A DNA stretch of 63,590 bases, counting the filler, from Octopus bimaculoides (lineage: Eukaryota), in NCBI RefSeq assembly GCF_001194135.2. It is 4 parts of 4 records of this genome, joined end to end, with 100 filler letters (N's around TTAATTAATTAA, not from the genome) between each part and the next. Parts side by side here need not be neighbours in the genome. Positions count along the whole stretch, not along the records: positions 31,943 to 57,900 come from NC_068984.1; positions 58,001 to 62,418 come from NC_068987.1; positions 62,519 to 63,590 come from NC_069008.1; 1 more part is not named here. The stretch is one strand, 5' to 3'. The translations under genes and the position numbers were made by a program. Below the pieces are notes generated by a model. It saw only the letters and a program-made list of their open reading frames with translations, was not told where the DNA came from and searched no databases. Each line of letters starts with the position of its first letter. The first letter of the stretch is position 1. Shown here piece by piece: positions 50,328 to 62,895 of the stretch.

Positions 50328-50954
50328 NNNNNNNNNNNNNNNNNNNNNNNNNNNNNNNNNNNNNNNNNNNNNNNNNNNNNNNNNNNNNNNNNNNNNNNNN
50401 NNNNNNNNNNNNNNNNNNNNNNNNNNNNNNNNNNNNNNNNNNNNNNNNNNNNNNNNNNNNNNNNNNNNNNNNNNNNNNNNNNNNNNNNNNNNNNNNNNNN
50501 NNNNNNNNNNNNNNNNNNNNNNNNNNNNNNNNNNNNNNNNNNNNNNNNNNNNNNNNNNNNNNNNNNNNNNNNNNNNNNNNNNNNNNNNNNNNNNNNNNNN
50601 NNNNNNNNNNNNNNNNNNNNNNNNNNNNNNNNNNNNNNNNNNNNNNNNNNNNNNNNNNNNNNNNNNNNNNNNNNNNNNNNNNNNNNNNNNNNNNNNNNNN
50701 NNNNNNNNNNNNNNNNNNNNNNNNNNNNNNNNNNNNNNNNNNNNNNNNNNNNNNNNNNNNNNNNNNNNNNNNNNNNNNNNNNNNNNNNNNNNNNNNNNNN
50801 NNNNNNNNNNNNNNNNNNNNNNNNNNNNNNNNNNNNNNNNNNNNNNNNNNNNNNNNNNNNNNNNNNNNNNNNNNNNNNNNNNNNNNNNNNNNNNNNNNNN
50901 TATATATATATATATGTATGTATATCTATCTATCTATCTATCTATCCATCTATT

Positions 50955-53395
50955 TCTGATCAAGGCGCTTTCTTTCGCAAGTGGCTTCACTAGCATTAGC
51001 GACAGATATGTAGAGATAATCTTGCACACCAGGAAGACAGTGCTGTTCAACAAAGGCTCGGCATGGGCCAACCAATCCAACGCAACGGGCTCTTTTGAGG
51101 TAGCGATGGGAGCCTACGACAGCGCTGATATTTGCGACCTTATCGGGTTATATATTCTAGATACCCTTAGAAAAGTGTTCCACTCCGTCCTTTTTGGCCT
51201 CTACTGGGATGACGCCCTGGCCATCTCTAAGGGGTAAGCGGCCATACACTAGACAAACTTAGGAAAGACTTAATCAGCACGCTTGACTCCATGGGGTTGA
51301 AGATCACCATAGAGACAAACCTCACATTAGCAGACTACTCAGATGTCGCGCTCGACCTGTGCTCCGGTACTTACAGGTCCTACCGCAAACCAAACGCGAG
51401 GCTGTCATACATAAACACAGCCTCCTGTCACCCACCCATAGTATTCCAGAACCTGGTAAAAGGCATCAGCAAGAGCCTTTCCTCTAGCCAAGAAGCTTTC
51501 GATGCAGCAGCCCCGTACTATAATGAGGTCCTAGCTGCCAGTGGGTTTAGGGACCCCATCTCCTACATGCCAGAACCCGACAGCCGCAGGAATACAATTT
51601 GGTTCCCCCACCCACGCACTCCCTTAACACAATGACACCTGTAGGTAGATTTTTCCTTAAAGTAATAGATAAGCATTTCACTAGCTTCCATAGGTGTGGT
51701 CCCATATTCAACCGGCACAACGTTAGGGTCTCGTTTAGCTGCGCCCCCAATATTAAGAGCATCGTAGTTAGCCCCCCTTGGACATAGGAAGAGGCGGGTT
51801 ATTCATGCAAGATCCGAAGCAGTTGCCCGGTAGGAGGCCTCTGCAAAACTAAAGGAGTCGTATATCAGGCCGAGGTTCTAACACAGCATGCCTTTAACAC
51901 CGGCAGAAACAATAACGGCCGTAGACATGACAACAGAGCCAATAACACAGCCACCATCGCCACCAACACCACCATGGATGGCAGCATCGCTAACAACAAC
52001 AGCAGCGGCATCGCCAACAGCAACGACATCACCATCACCACCAGCTTCACAAAAAGCTTGCCAGACCTTTTAGCCACTATAGTAGTAGTAGTAGAGGCAA
52101 CGGATCCAGTTCCATCGCTAGCTTTAACAGCAACAACAGCAGAACTGGCAGTGGCGATTGCACTACCGTCGGCACCAATACATCTTTCACCATCACCAGC
52201 ACNNNNNNNNNNAAGCTTGCCAGACCTTTTAGCCACTATAGTAGTAGTAGTAGAGGCAACGGATCCAGTTCCATCGCTAGCTTTAACAGCAACAACAGCA
52301 GAACTGGCAGTGGCGATTGCACTACCGTCGGCACCAATACATCTTTCACCATCACCAGCACCAGCAACATCACCAGCAGCCCCAACTCCATCAACAACAA
52401 CAGCAACACTGGCAGCAGCACTTGCAGCAACGACGCCAACAACAACCGCAGCAACAACAACAGTAGCGCCAGCAACAACAGCAACAACAACGGCTGCACC
52501 ACAGGCAACGGAAATATGACTGGCACCAACACCATCCTCAGCGACGCCAACACCAGCACCAACAGCAGCAGCAGCCCCAACTTCAGCAGCGACAACACCA
52601 CCGGTGGCATCAGCGGCAACGGTAGCAGCAACAGCATCTACAACAGCAACAGGCGCAATGACAGCAGCAACAGGTCAGCGGCAACAGTAGCAGCAATAGC
52701 ATCAACATCAGCACCAACAGCAGCAGCATCTACAAAAAGCAATAGGCACAACGACAGCAGCGGCAGGCGCAACGACATCACGCGCCCACAGTAGTACGTG
52801 GAGCACACTTGGAACTCTCTCAAACAGCTTATTTCCAATCATCTGTCCTTCAGAGTCCCAATCATCGCTGGCCAGCCATATCTGACAATTAAGAGACGAA
52901 GAGATTCCATACTCGATCGCATGGAAAATATTCGAAAACCTTGGCCCCCTACATCAACGGGACGAAACTATGCAAGTTATGCATTGCCGAACGCACGAGG
53001 ATCCTTAAAGATTCGCTCGTGCCAGAAGACATCCTCAACTCCAGCACGGAGATTTTCGGACCATTCTTGCATTTTAGAAAATTCCTGCTGGCCTTTTGGA
53101 ATCCAAATGGTGGTACCATAGCCGGAAACCAATAGCCAAGGTCGAAGGGAGACAATCGTTTACCTTCGTGGTGCTTTGGTGACCGCAAGATGGCAGCACG
53201 ACCGAAGATCGATGGACAAATGGCAACGGGAGATAATCACTTTAGGTTTTACCTTCAAAAATGAGGCTTTTGTTCCTCCATATTTTAAAGAGGTCTCAAG
53301 CCAGTTGTGTTTGGGGTCTGAAGATACGCCGTAAGACTAAATCCCTTACGTGCGAGAAACCCAGGGTAACCCCATGAACCGACCTACCTCACTAT
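50955..53395 (+). mobile_element. Penelope-like element, 3' two-thirds (RT, GIY-YIG, 3' pLTR with hammerhead)
   Basis: FEVAMGAYDSADICDLIGLYIL...GLYWDDAL (RT), SYINTASCHPP, CPVGGLCKTKGVVYQAEV, YVEHTWNSLKQLISNH and PYINGTKLCKLCIAE...LNSSTEIF. Confidence 0.88.
53312..53374 (+). ncRNA. Type I hammerhead ribozyme, all core nucleotides intact
   Basis: Stem I TGGGGT/ACCCCA, core CTGAAGA, stem II T(A)CGC-CGTAAG/CTTACG(T)GCGA, GAAA, stem III ACC(C)/(G)GGT, cleavage triplet GUA (53366-53368). Confidence 0.85.
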
Positions 53396-54279
53396 AATAT
53401 ATATGTATATATATATATGTATGTATATAGGAAAATTTGATGTTGAAAATGCACTTAAATTTGAAAAACTTGTAATTGTTTTTAGATAAATTTATTTACA
53501 TATATACCATACTAGTTTCAACAATCAATAGTTTATCAATAGTAAAAGCTTAAAATTCTGAATTAGAAAAACGTTTCAATGTTTACAAGTTTGAATAATA
53601 TCAATTATCATCTAAATGTTCATAACATTCAATAATATAAAATATGTGGATTATTTTGTTTAAATGTACAAAATTCGATATTGTTAGAAGTAATCGATAA
53701 GAAATGTGGATCACCAAAGGTTCGATCATACTGAGTTAAGAGGGAGAAAAACAAAGGGGAAATGAAGATAGTAAAAAAAGGGTTTTGTTTACAGTTTTCG
53801 TGATTCTTTTTCTTGTAACGGCGTTTTTTGGAATCCGGTGTATTTATAATTTTTTTCCGTGAACGGATCTGATTTTTGATTTGTTAAAGTACTTGTGACG
53901 TCTTATTTCTCTGGTGATCAAGTTTGTCGCTCTGCTTGGTTGGCTTCCCTGTGGGGAACGGTCATCAACCGTTCCAGTTGGTTGATTTTCTTAAAGGGTC
54001 ATTTTGTTGTATTTGCTGTTGTTCGGTTTTGATCGGAGGCAAAATTTCATTGATCTAGAGTTAGGTGCTGTCAGCAACTGGTGTTTGTATGGTGTTATTG
54101 TACGGTGGTTTCGAAACCCGCGTGGAACACTGTTACTAAAATTTTTTTAATTATATCTGTTGTGTCTGGTTGGTCTTTTTTTTTTGTGGAGAAATTGGGT
54201 TTTTTCCCTTTTTCTCTTTAGTGTTTTTTTCTTCTTTCTAAAGGATATTCAGCTGTGGTTTATATTTTTTAATGAGCAT

Positions 54280-54510
54280 GCTTTCCTTGGAGACAACAAC
54301 CTCCAAAAATACTTACTCACCAACTAGAAACGCTACCTAGATGACTGTTTCATTCTGTGGCTACATAACCTAGGGCAACTCTCAAAATTTAAAAACTTAA
54401 TCAACAGCATTAACCACAGTAACAAGTTCACAATGGAATACAGTCACAAACAGCAGCTACCTTTCCTGGACATCTTAATCATAAAAATAGATACTGAAAT
54501 TGAAACCAAT
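54280..54510 (+). mobile_element. Penelope RT fragment (different family)
   Basis: KRYLDDCFILW...FTMEYSHKQQLPFLDILI. Confidence 0.75.
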
Positions 54511-54539
54511 GGACTCAAAATGATATCTTCTATTCTCCT

Positions 54540-55306
54540 CCAAATTTTAAACGGGCATCTCTGTGCCTTTTAGTCAACAGCGGAGTTTTTCTAGGAGAGC
54601 ATGACTTCAGTTCATTCCTATGAAGTTCATTGCTGATTGTTTGTAATGTAACACTAGTCCCTGAAGCTAACAAATCCTCTTGTAACTCTTTTCTGGTGAT
54701 CATGACATTTTTTTCGATTCTTTGCTTCATTTTCCTTAAAGATCTAGGGGAAATCTTGCGTGGTGCACCAGATCTTGTTCTGTTTTAAACAGTTCCCGAT
54801 TTTTCATATCTTTGAATAAATGAAGATATGATAGAAAATGGAATACAAAGGGTCTCTGATATTTTCCTGTAACTTTTACCTGCTTTCCACTATTTAATAA
54901 TTACATTTTTCACTGAATTTGTGAGTTCTTTACTTTTCGAAATTATTACGACACGACTTTAAGTTGTCTCAGTGCTGAATGAAGAAGCTAGCGTTTTGAC
55001 ACCTCAAAATGACTACTGATAAGATTATTGGAACAAACGAGAAAGTTCTAGTAGAAAAAAATTATTTTAACAGTATTTTGTGGCATAGAAAATCATAAAT
55101 TTATTCTGTATGAATACTTTTTTCACCCCTAAATATTTATAATTGTATATAAATTCCTTTGTTACTATAATTTATTAGTTTCTTTTGCATATTCTTAGGT
55201 TATGCATGTGTATGCAAATATAGTATTGATATATCCCATTTATGTTCATTAAAAATTAAATAAATAAAGAATTTTGACATGTACGAATATTTATTTCCCC
55301 CCACTG
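54540..55306 (-). mobile_element. Tc1 5' fragment
   Basis: TA|CAGTGGGGGGAAATAAATATTCG terminus; ITRKELQEDLLASGTSVTLQTISNELHRNELKSCSPRKTPLL (Tc3-type HTH). Confidence 0.85.
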
Positions 55307-56122
55307 TATATATATATATATNNNNNNNNNNNNNNNNNNNNNNNNNNNNNNNNNNNNNNNNNNNNNNNNNNNNNNNNNNNNNNNNNNNNNNNNNNNNNNN
55401 NNNNNNNNNNNNNNNNNNNNNNNNNNNNNNNNNNNNNNNNNNNNNNNNNNNNNNNNNNNNNNNNNNNNNNNNNNNNNNNNNNNNNNNNNNNNNNNNNNNN
55501 NNNNNNNNNNNNNNNNNNNNNNNNNNNNNNNNNNNNNNNNNNNNNNNNNNNNNNNNNNNNNNNNNNNNNNNNNNNNNNNNNNNNNNNNNNNNNNNNNNNN
55601 NNNNNNNNNNNNNNNNNNNNNNNNNNNNNNNNNNNNNNNNNNNNNNNNNNNNNNNNNNNNNNNNNNNNNNNNNNNNNNNNNNNNNNNNNNNNNNNNNNNN
55701 NNNNNNNNNNNNNNNNNNNNNNNNNNNNNNNNNNNNNNNNNNNNNNNNNNNNNNNNNNNNNNNNNNNNNNNNNNNNNNNNNNNNNNNNNNNNNNNNNNNN
55801 NNNNNNNNNNNNNNNNNNNNNNNNNNNNNNNNNNNNNNNNNNNNNNNNNNNNNNNNNNNNNNNNNNNNNNNNNNNNNNNNNNNNNNNNNNNNNNNNNNNN
55901 NNNNNNNNNNNNNNNNNNNNNNNNNNNNNNNNNNNNNNNNATATTCCCTTCTCAAATTCACACACTTATTGCAGCCATCCTTCAGTTTTTCTAAGCCCTG
56001 TAAAAGAACTTGGCAATTTAGGCCTCCAGCCTAACCTTTAGCGATATTCTTAAAACTAGGACATTTACAGCACCTCATCGTATACACATGCATGTGTGTA
56101 TGTATGTATGTATGTATGTATG

Positions 56123-56158
<36 letters not shown>

Positions 56159-56254
56159 GTTCTATACACACACTCACACACATGTTATCGGAGGATCCTG
56201 ACCACCCCCACGTGACCAAAAGTGGACTGACACATTTCAACTGTGTGAACTGTC

Positions 56255-56324
56255 GGCAGTTGACAGTCAGCAGTTGACAGCGAGCAATTGACAGCGGGCA
56301 GTTGACAGCCAGCAGTTGACAGTT
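56255..56324. repeat. 14-bp tandem repeat x5 (RGCAGTTGACAGYN)
   Basis: Five consecutive units counted directly. Confidence 0.9.
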
Positions 56325-56560
56325 AACATACATACATACACAGAACGATATTCAGGTAGAGACTTATATGTGTTCACATGCATACATGTATATATTAAAA
56401 TATTTATATACATTTATTAAATATATACTCCGGACACATACCGGTGTTTCTGACACCAGCATAGTAGTAAACGACCCAGTATTTTGTCATAAACACAGGC
56501 ACACATTATCACGTCTATTTGTAGATGAAGAACATCATTTTCCTATGTGTGCTTTTATGA

Positions 56561-56797
<237 letters not shown>

Positions 56798-57777
56798 TGA
56801 CTCCTAAGTTTTGAATGTTTATACTCCACTATATGGACTGAGTACGTTTTCTCCTGTTTGTATACACAACAATTATATGTGTGTGTGTTGGCGTATAATG
56901 AAATAATAGTATATATTTCATTGGAAGTTAAACATTGCATATAATTAAAACATTGCAATAGTAAACTATCATAAAGTTAGTAAAATATCAAAGAATACAA
57001 AATATAATCAATACCTGCAGAAAATAATCCAAAACTAAAAATTTGAATATAGGAGAGAAACGAATCCTGTTACCTGAACGGTAGATGGTGATGGAGTTTA
57101 TCGCCTTTTGTGACATATAGCAACTAACCAACAACAGTTGCATTCATACAGAACAACCTGTAATATTTTCTACATACATTTCTTACTGAACTTGCTGCAA
57201 AAGGAAACTAGATTGAAATTAACCTTTCAGCAGGAATTGAACGAAAAATAAAAAAAAACAACAACCAAAAAGAGAAAAATTATAGAAGCAAAATAAATAA
57301 AATCTCAGAGAAATTTGAAATCAAATCCCATCCAACAACAAGTCTGAAGCAATGTTAATAGAATAATCAATATTATTTTCAATGTAAAAATCTCTAAATG
57401 AGCGAATTTCTCGTTTCACCTACGAGATCTTGAAAGCCTATAGCAACATTTCATTATGCCTGTAGATATATCAAAGTGTATTCATAAACACCTACATACT
57501 CTATATAGATATGTATAAAACGTAGAATAAATTGCTTCAATGGAAATCATCTTCAGCTAAAAGTCCATAGCAACAACTGCAATAACGACTGCAACAATAA
57601 GCAGTATTACTCTATGTTTTCTCTTTTTTAGGTGCAAATATATTCATGTTCTTTCATGTTTCTTTGAATTCTATCTTTTATGCTTTGTTCTTTTTTTTTT
57701 TTCAATTTTGGATTCAGCTATGGAATTTGCTAATAGGTGTACAATCATGGAAAATACACACACACACACACACGCAC

Positions 57778-57812
<35 letters not shown>

Positions 57813-58188
57813 CATACACACACACTAACACACACACACACACACACACACACGAACATACGCACACATAAACACACACAAACACACACACACAGATACA
57901 NNNNNNNNNNNNNNNNNNNNNNNNNNNNNNNNNNNNNNNNNNNNTTAATTAATTAANNNNNNNNNNNNNNNNNNNNNNNNNNNNNNNNNNNNNNNNNNNN
58001 CCCACTTTTGTTTTTTTTTTCTGCTTTGTTTTCGACCCCCTCGAAAAGAAAAACTCTACATTTGTATTTTGTCCCCTCTGTGTTGAGCCCTGTGTGGCTA
58101 ATAAAGAAACCTATCTATCTATCTATCTATCTATCTATCAGTCTGTCTGTCCGTCCGTCCGTCTGCCTGTCCATCCATCCGTCGTCTG

Positions 58189-58290
<102 letters not shown>

Positions 58291-58609
58291 CTTCTGTCCG
58301 ATACATCGAACAATAGGATCCTGTTTTGGGTGTCGATGTGCTGGTTGGTGCTACAGCTATCTTCCTGAAGCTGACTTTTAGTCCGTAGCATCTGGCAGCA
58401 TTTTCTAAACAGTTAACCAAGACAGTGCATCTCGTTAAACCTCTCTCTCCGTGTTTTCTCCTCTCAATCCTTTTTGTCGAAGAGCGTAGGAGCAAAAGTC
58501 AAAGACTTACCCATTCTTTCCGAGCGTTAAACTAATACACCTGTTTGATATTTCTTCACTTGTCTTCGTCTTTTGTCTTCTGTAAATTTGAACTATATAT
58601 ATATATATA

Positions 58610-59497
58610 CGAGGTCTGATCAATATGTATCCGGACTGTTGTCATAGCAACGAAGCTAAAGTACGCAGAGTAAAGTCACTTGGCACAAATTGACTCTTGA
58701 CTCTGCTGTACATACGCACTAAGTTTTAACGTTCTAGCTCACTTCCGCTGTTTACAACAGTGCTTGGAAGGAAGGTGTGTAGCGTGTGATCGTCGCATTG
58801 ACCATAACAGAGAAAGTTGTCATGGTGATACCTGCTCAGAGTCCTACGCAAAATTGCAGAAAGTGTATGGAGAGGAGTGTATGAGCCGCACACAAGCGTA
58901 CGAGTGGTTCAGACGTTTCCAAGATAGCCGAAAAAATGTCGATATTGACGAACGTTCTCGGAGACCCGCAACCAGCAGAACTGAGGAAAACATCGCAGAT
59001 GTGCGTGTAGCTTGAGGAGGAATCGTCGAATCACCATCCGTGTGTTATCAGGGAATGTGCAGATTAGTTACGGTCCAGTCCATTATCCCTGAAGATTTAG
59101 GTATGAGACGCGTGTCTGCCAAGTTTGTGCCAAAACTGCTTTCAGCTGACCAAGAAGACACTCGGATTTCAGTTGCACAAGATCTCCCTGATTGTTTCGA
59201 GAACGATGAAAACTTTTGAAAACTTTGCGTAGACCTCTGAGCAGGCATCGTCAGGCTTTTGGCAAAATTTGATGCAGGTTCTCTGCTCAACTTTCTCTGT
59301 TATGGTTAATGCAATGATCACGCGCCACACACGTTACTTCCAAGCACTACTGTAGACAGCGGAAGTAAGCTACAATGTTAAGACTTAGTTCGCATGCACA
59401 ACAGAGTTGAAGGTCAGCCTGTGCTAAGCAGCTTCACTTCACGTGCTTTAGCTTCGTTACTATGGCAACAGTCCGGATACTTATTGATCAGACCACG
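58610..59497. mobile_element. Fold-back mariner derivative: two left ends joined head-to-head
   Basis: TA|CGAGGTCTGATCAAT...ATTGATCAGACCACG|TA; both arms run into the transposase N-terminus. Confidence 0.85.
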
Positions 59498-59753
59498 TAT
59501 ATGCCAACACATGAAACTTGAGTAACTCTTGCTTCTGTTAAATATTAATAAAAATATACATATACTCATATTTTGAGTTCTATTTTTCCTGTTTGTATCA
59601 CCATACCTGTATGTGTGCGTATATATATATATATATATATATNNNNNNNNNNNNNNNNNNNNNNNNNNNNNNNNNNNNNNNNNNNNNNNNNNNNNNNNNN
59701 NNNNNNNNNNNNNNNNNNNNNNNNNNNNNNNNNNNNNNNNNNNNNNNNNNNNN

Positions 59754-59785
<32 letters not shown>

Positions 59786-59824
59786 TGTATGTATGTATGT
59801 TTGTATCTATCTATATAGATTTGT

Positions 59825-59873
<49 letters not shown>

Positions 59874-60289
59874 ATGTAAATCTCTCATTCAAGATGTCAT
59901 ATGAGTGTTCAGTCCTTTCTGCAGGACCTGCAGAAAGGATTTGTTTATAGTGATCAAATATATATGTTGTACATTATCTCACACCCTCCCTTAAATCGAC
60001 CTTGCTTGCGTAAGTGCACAAGTGTGCCATACGTCAGATGTCGAAATGATCGCAGACCAACTTGAAATGAAGTGTTTTGCGCAAAAACACAACATGCTGC
60101 CCGGTCCGGGAATCGAACCTACGACCTAGCGATTGTGAGGGTAACATCCTTACGACTGGGCTATGCGTTTTAATGTATGTATGTATGTATGTATGCATGT
60201 ATGCATGTATGTATGTATGTATGTATGTATGCATGCACACACGCACACACACACGCACACACGTACACACACACACGTATGTATACGAT

Positions 60290-60445
60290 GAGCTTCTTTC
60301 AGTTTCCGTCAACCAAATTCGCCCAAAAGATTTTGGTGGACCCGAAGCTATAGTAGAAGACACTTGCCTAAGGTGCCATGCAGTGAGATTGAATCTGGGA
60401 CCATGTGGCTGGGAAGCAAACTTCTCACGACATAGTTGCGCCTGC
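60290..60445 (-). mobile_element. SINE family A 5' half
   Basis: Reverse complement of the family A head and core. Confidence 0.7.
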
Positions 60446-60903
60446 GCCAATGAAATTTTCTTCCTTTTCGCTCAACCTATTAAATTTCTCCTGCCCAACC
60501 TCCACACCTGAAAAGAGCAATTGTTTCCATTTAAGAAAATGATTCTACCGTTGGTCTTCTTATTGCTAATTGCTGACATATAAAACAAAATAGGAATCGG
60601 TTTTTATTTGTTTTTATTCTGTTGCTTCTTTTCTTCCTTTGTTTTGTTTTCTAGAACTCTGATAAACAATAAATAAGATACCAAGCTGGTGAAAGGACAC
60701 AAACATGATCAGACGTATTTCGAGATAATTTATGTATTTTGATATAATTTTTCGTGGTATAAATAATATGTAATTTATCTTATCAATAGAAAATTCTGAA
60801 CATCTTTTTAGGTATTTACTTATATTTTATAAATTCCTTTTTTGTTTATATATATATAATACAATACAATGTACATATATATATATAAAATATAATAAAA
60901 TAT

Positions 60904-60952
<49 letters not shown>

Positions 60953-62111
60953 ATCTTTCCTGAGTGAATTAGTGAATTACTTCACTGTGATAGATAAACA
61001 CACCAAATGTTCTTCCTCTGATCAAATCAAACTAAAACATTACATTTTCCAGATAACTTTTGTTATTAATTTACTGNNNNNNNNNNNNNNNNNNNNNNNN
61101 NNNNNNNNNNNNNNNNNNNNNNNNNNNNNNNNNNNNNNNNNNNNNNNNNNNNNNNNNNNNNNNNNNNNNNNNNNNNNNNNNNNNNNNNNNNNNNNNNNNN
61201 NNNNNNNNNNNNNNNNNNNNNNNNNNNNNNNNNNNNNNNNNNNNNNNNNNNNNNNNNNNNNNNNNNNNNNNNNNNNNNNNNNNNNNNNNNNNNNNNNNNN
61301 NNNNNNNNNNNNNNNNNNNNNNNNNNNNNNNNNNNNNNNNGCGTCGTACTGAAAACACAACTCTGTTCTAGTTTTGTCTTTTTATTCTAGTTTATTTTTT
61401 AATCATAAAAACTGTTGCCCAATATATATAAATTTCTTCTTCTTCTTCTTCTTCTTCTTCTTCTTCTTCTTCTTCTTCTTCTTCTTCTTCTTCTTCTTCT
61501 TCTTCTTCTCCTCCTCCTCCTCCTCCTCCTCCCTCCTTGCTTTTTCTCAATGGTGAGGGTCATAAAAAGAGCACCCGAGCAACCCAGGCAAAATAAATAT
61601 CACAGTCTATTTTTGTTTGAAGCTTTGATTTATAAGAAATCCTCTCCTCGCATTCGATAGAATTCAACGTAGTTTTTACCCGTTAAATTTCATTCAAGAG
61701 ACATTAATCAACTCAAGGATGCAACTACCTGCGTTTTTATTTTCCCTATTATCTGTAATACAGATAATAGCTCTAACTACATCTTCACTTCGTCTCGGTC
61801 TTAACTCCAAGCACACGCGTTCATATACTTTGACCTGATTGGTGGGCTCGCGTTCACATACTTTGACCAGTTTGTTTTTCGCTGGCATATAGAAAGCTCT
61901 TTCAATTAAAAAGGAAAATAATTCTCTCTTGCATGAATTCCCTTAGTAACGAAGTACTCATTTTTGTCACATACTTCTTCAACGCGTTTTTCTTCTTAAA
62001 AAATATATATCAGCGACAGAGGCAGTATTAATACCGAGAGGTAATATTTATCCCTACTTAAACGTGGATGTTCTGTTAGAACAAATTACATTGCGGTAGA
62101 TACCATGAGGG

Positions 62112-62418
62112 AAGGCACAATGGCCCAGTGGTTAGGGCAGCGGACTCGCGGTCATAGGATCGCGATTTCGATTCCCAGACCGGGCGTTGTGAGTGTTTCG
62201 TGAGCGAAAACACCTAACGCTTCACGAGGCTCCGGCAGGGGATGGTGGCGAACCCTGCTGTACTCTTTCACCACAACTTTCTCTCACTCTTACTTCCTGT
62301 CTCTGTTGTGCCTGTAATTTGAAGGTCCAGCCTTGTCACACTCTGTGTCACGCTGAATATCCCCGAGAACTACGTTAAGGGTACACGTGTCTGTGGAGTG
62401 CTCAGCCACTTGCACGTT
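62112..62418 (+). mobile_element. tRNA-derived SINE family D (3' part also at 45002-45180)
   Basis: A box TGGCCCAGTGG and B box GATTTCGATTCC; body identical in stretches to 45002-45100. Confidence 0.8.
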
Positions 62419-62629
62419 NNNNNNNNNNNNNNNNNNNNNNNNNNNNNNNNNNNNNNNNNNNNTTAATTAATTAANNNNNNNNNNNNNNNNNNNNNNNNNN
62501 NNNNNNNNNNNNNNNNNNTGGGAGAAGGGCTAGTTGATTACCATCGACCGCAGTGTATCACTGGTACTTATTTCATCGACCCCGAAAGGATGAAAGGCAA
62601 AGTCGACTCAGAACGTATCGACGGACGAA

Positions 62630-62895
62630 ATTCTCTTTCCGAATACTCTGCGCTGTCTTCAGATTGACACCCAAGCACTCTGAAATGTTCGTAATGGAGC
62701 CTCCGGCGCGAATACTAAGCAGTACAGCATATCGTTTCCAAGTTTCTAGCAGAATGAATTGCGGCATGATGCTCTTTTTCTCACAGACGGTGTCCATCTG
62801 AACCTACTATACTGTGTAGCCAACAAAATCAAAAAACAAAGCGCATGCACGAAATTGAAAATATAAATCGGCGACAATTAACCCATCACACCCTG
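62630..62895 (-). mobile_element. 5' fragment of the same maT-like transposon family as 19-864
   Basis: The reverse complement aligns with 19-265 from the CAGGGTG terminus. Confidence 0.8.

Noticed and set aside
52054-52361. 149-bp exact tandem duplication in the Penelope insert
   Set aside because: The two copies sit either side of a 10-N gap, the signature of an unmerged contig overlap.
57901-58000. TTAATTAATTAA islands as a biological motif (PacI-like or homeodomain site)
   Set aside because: It is always centred in a 44N/44N gap; an artificial linker.
58465-58510. Hammerhead-like GAAGAGCGTAGG...AAAAGTC
   Set aside because: Core and GAAA are both broken and the stems cannot be formed.
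62112-62185. tRNA genes at SINE heads (also about 23633, 43950, 45212, 60080)
   Set aside because: A and B boxes are present, but there is no complete cloverleaf and the sequence continues into SINE bodies.
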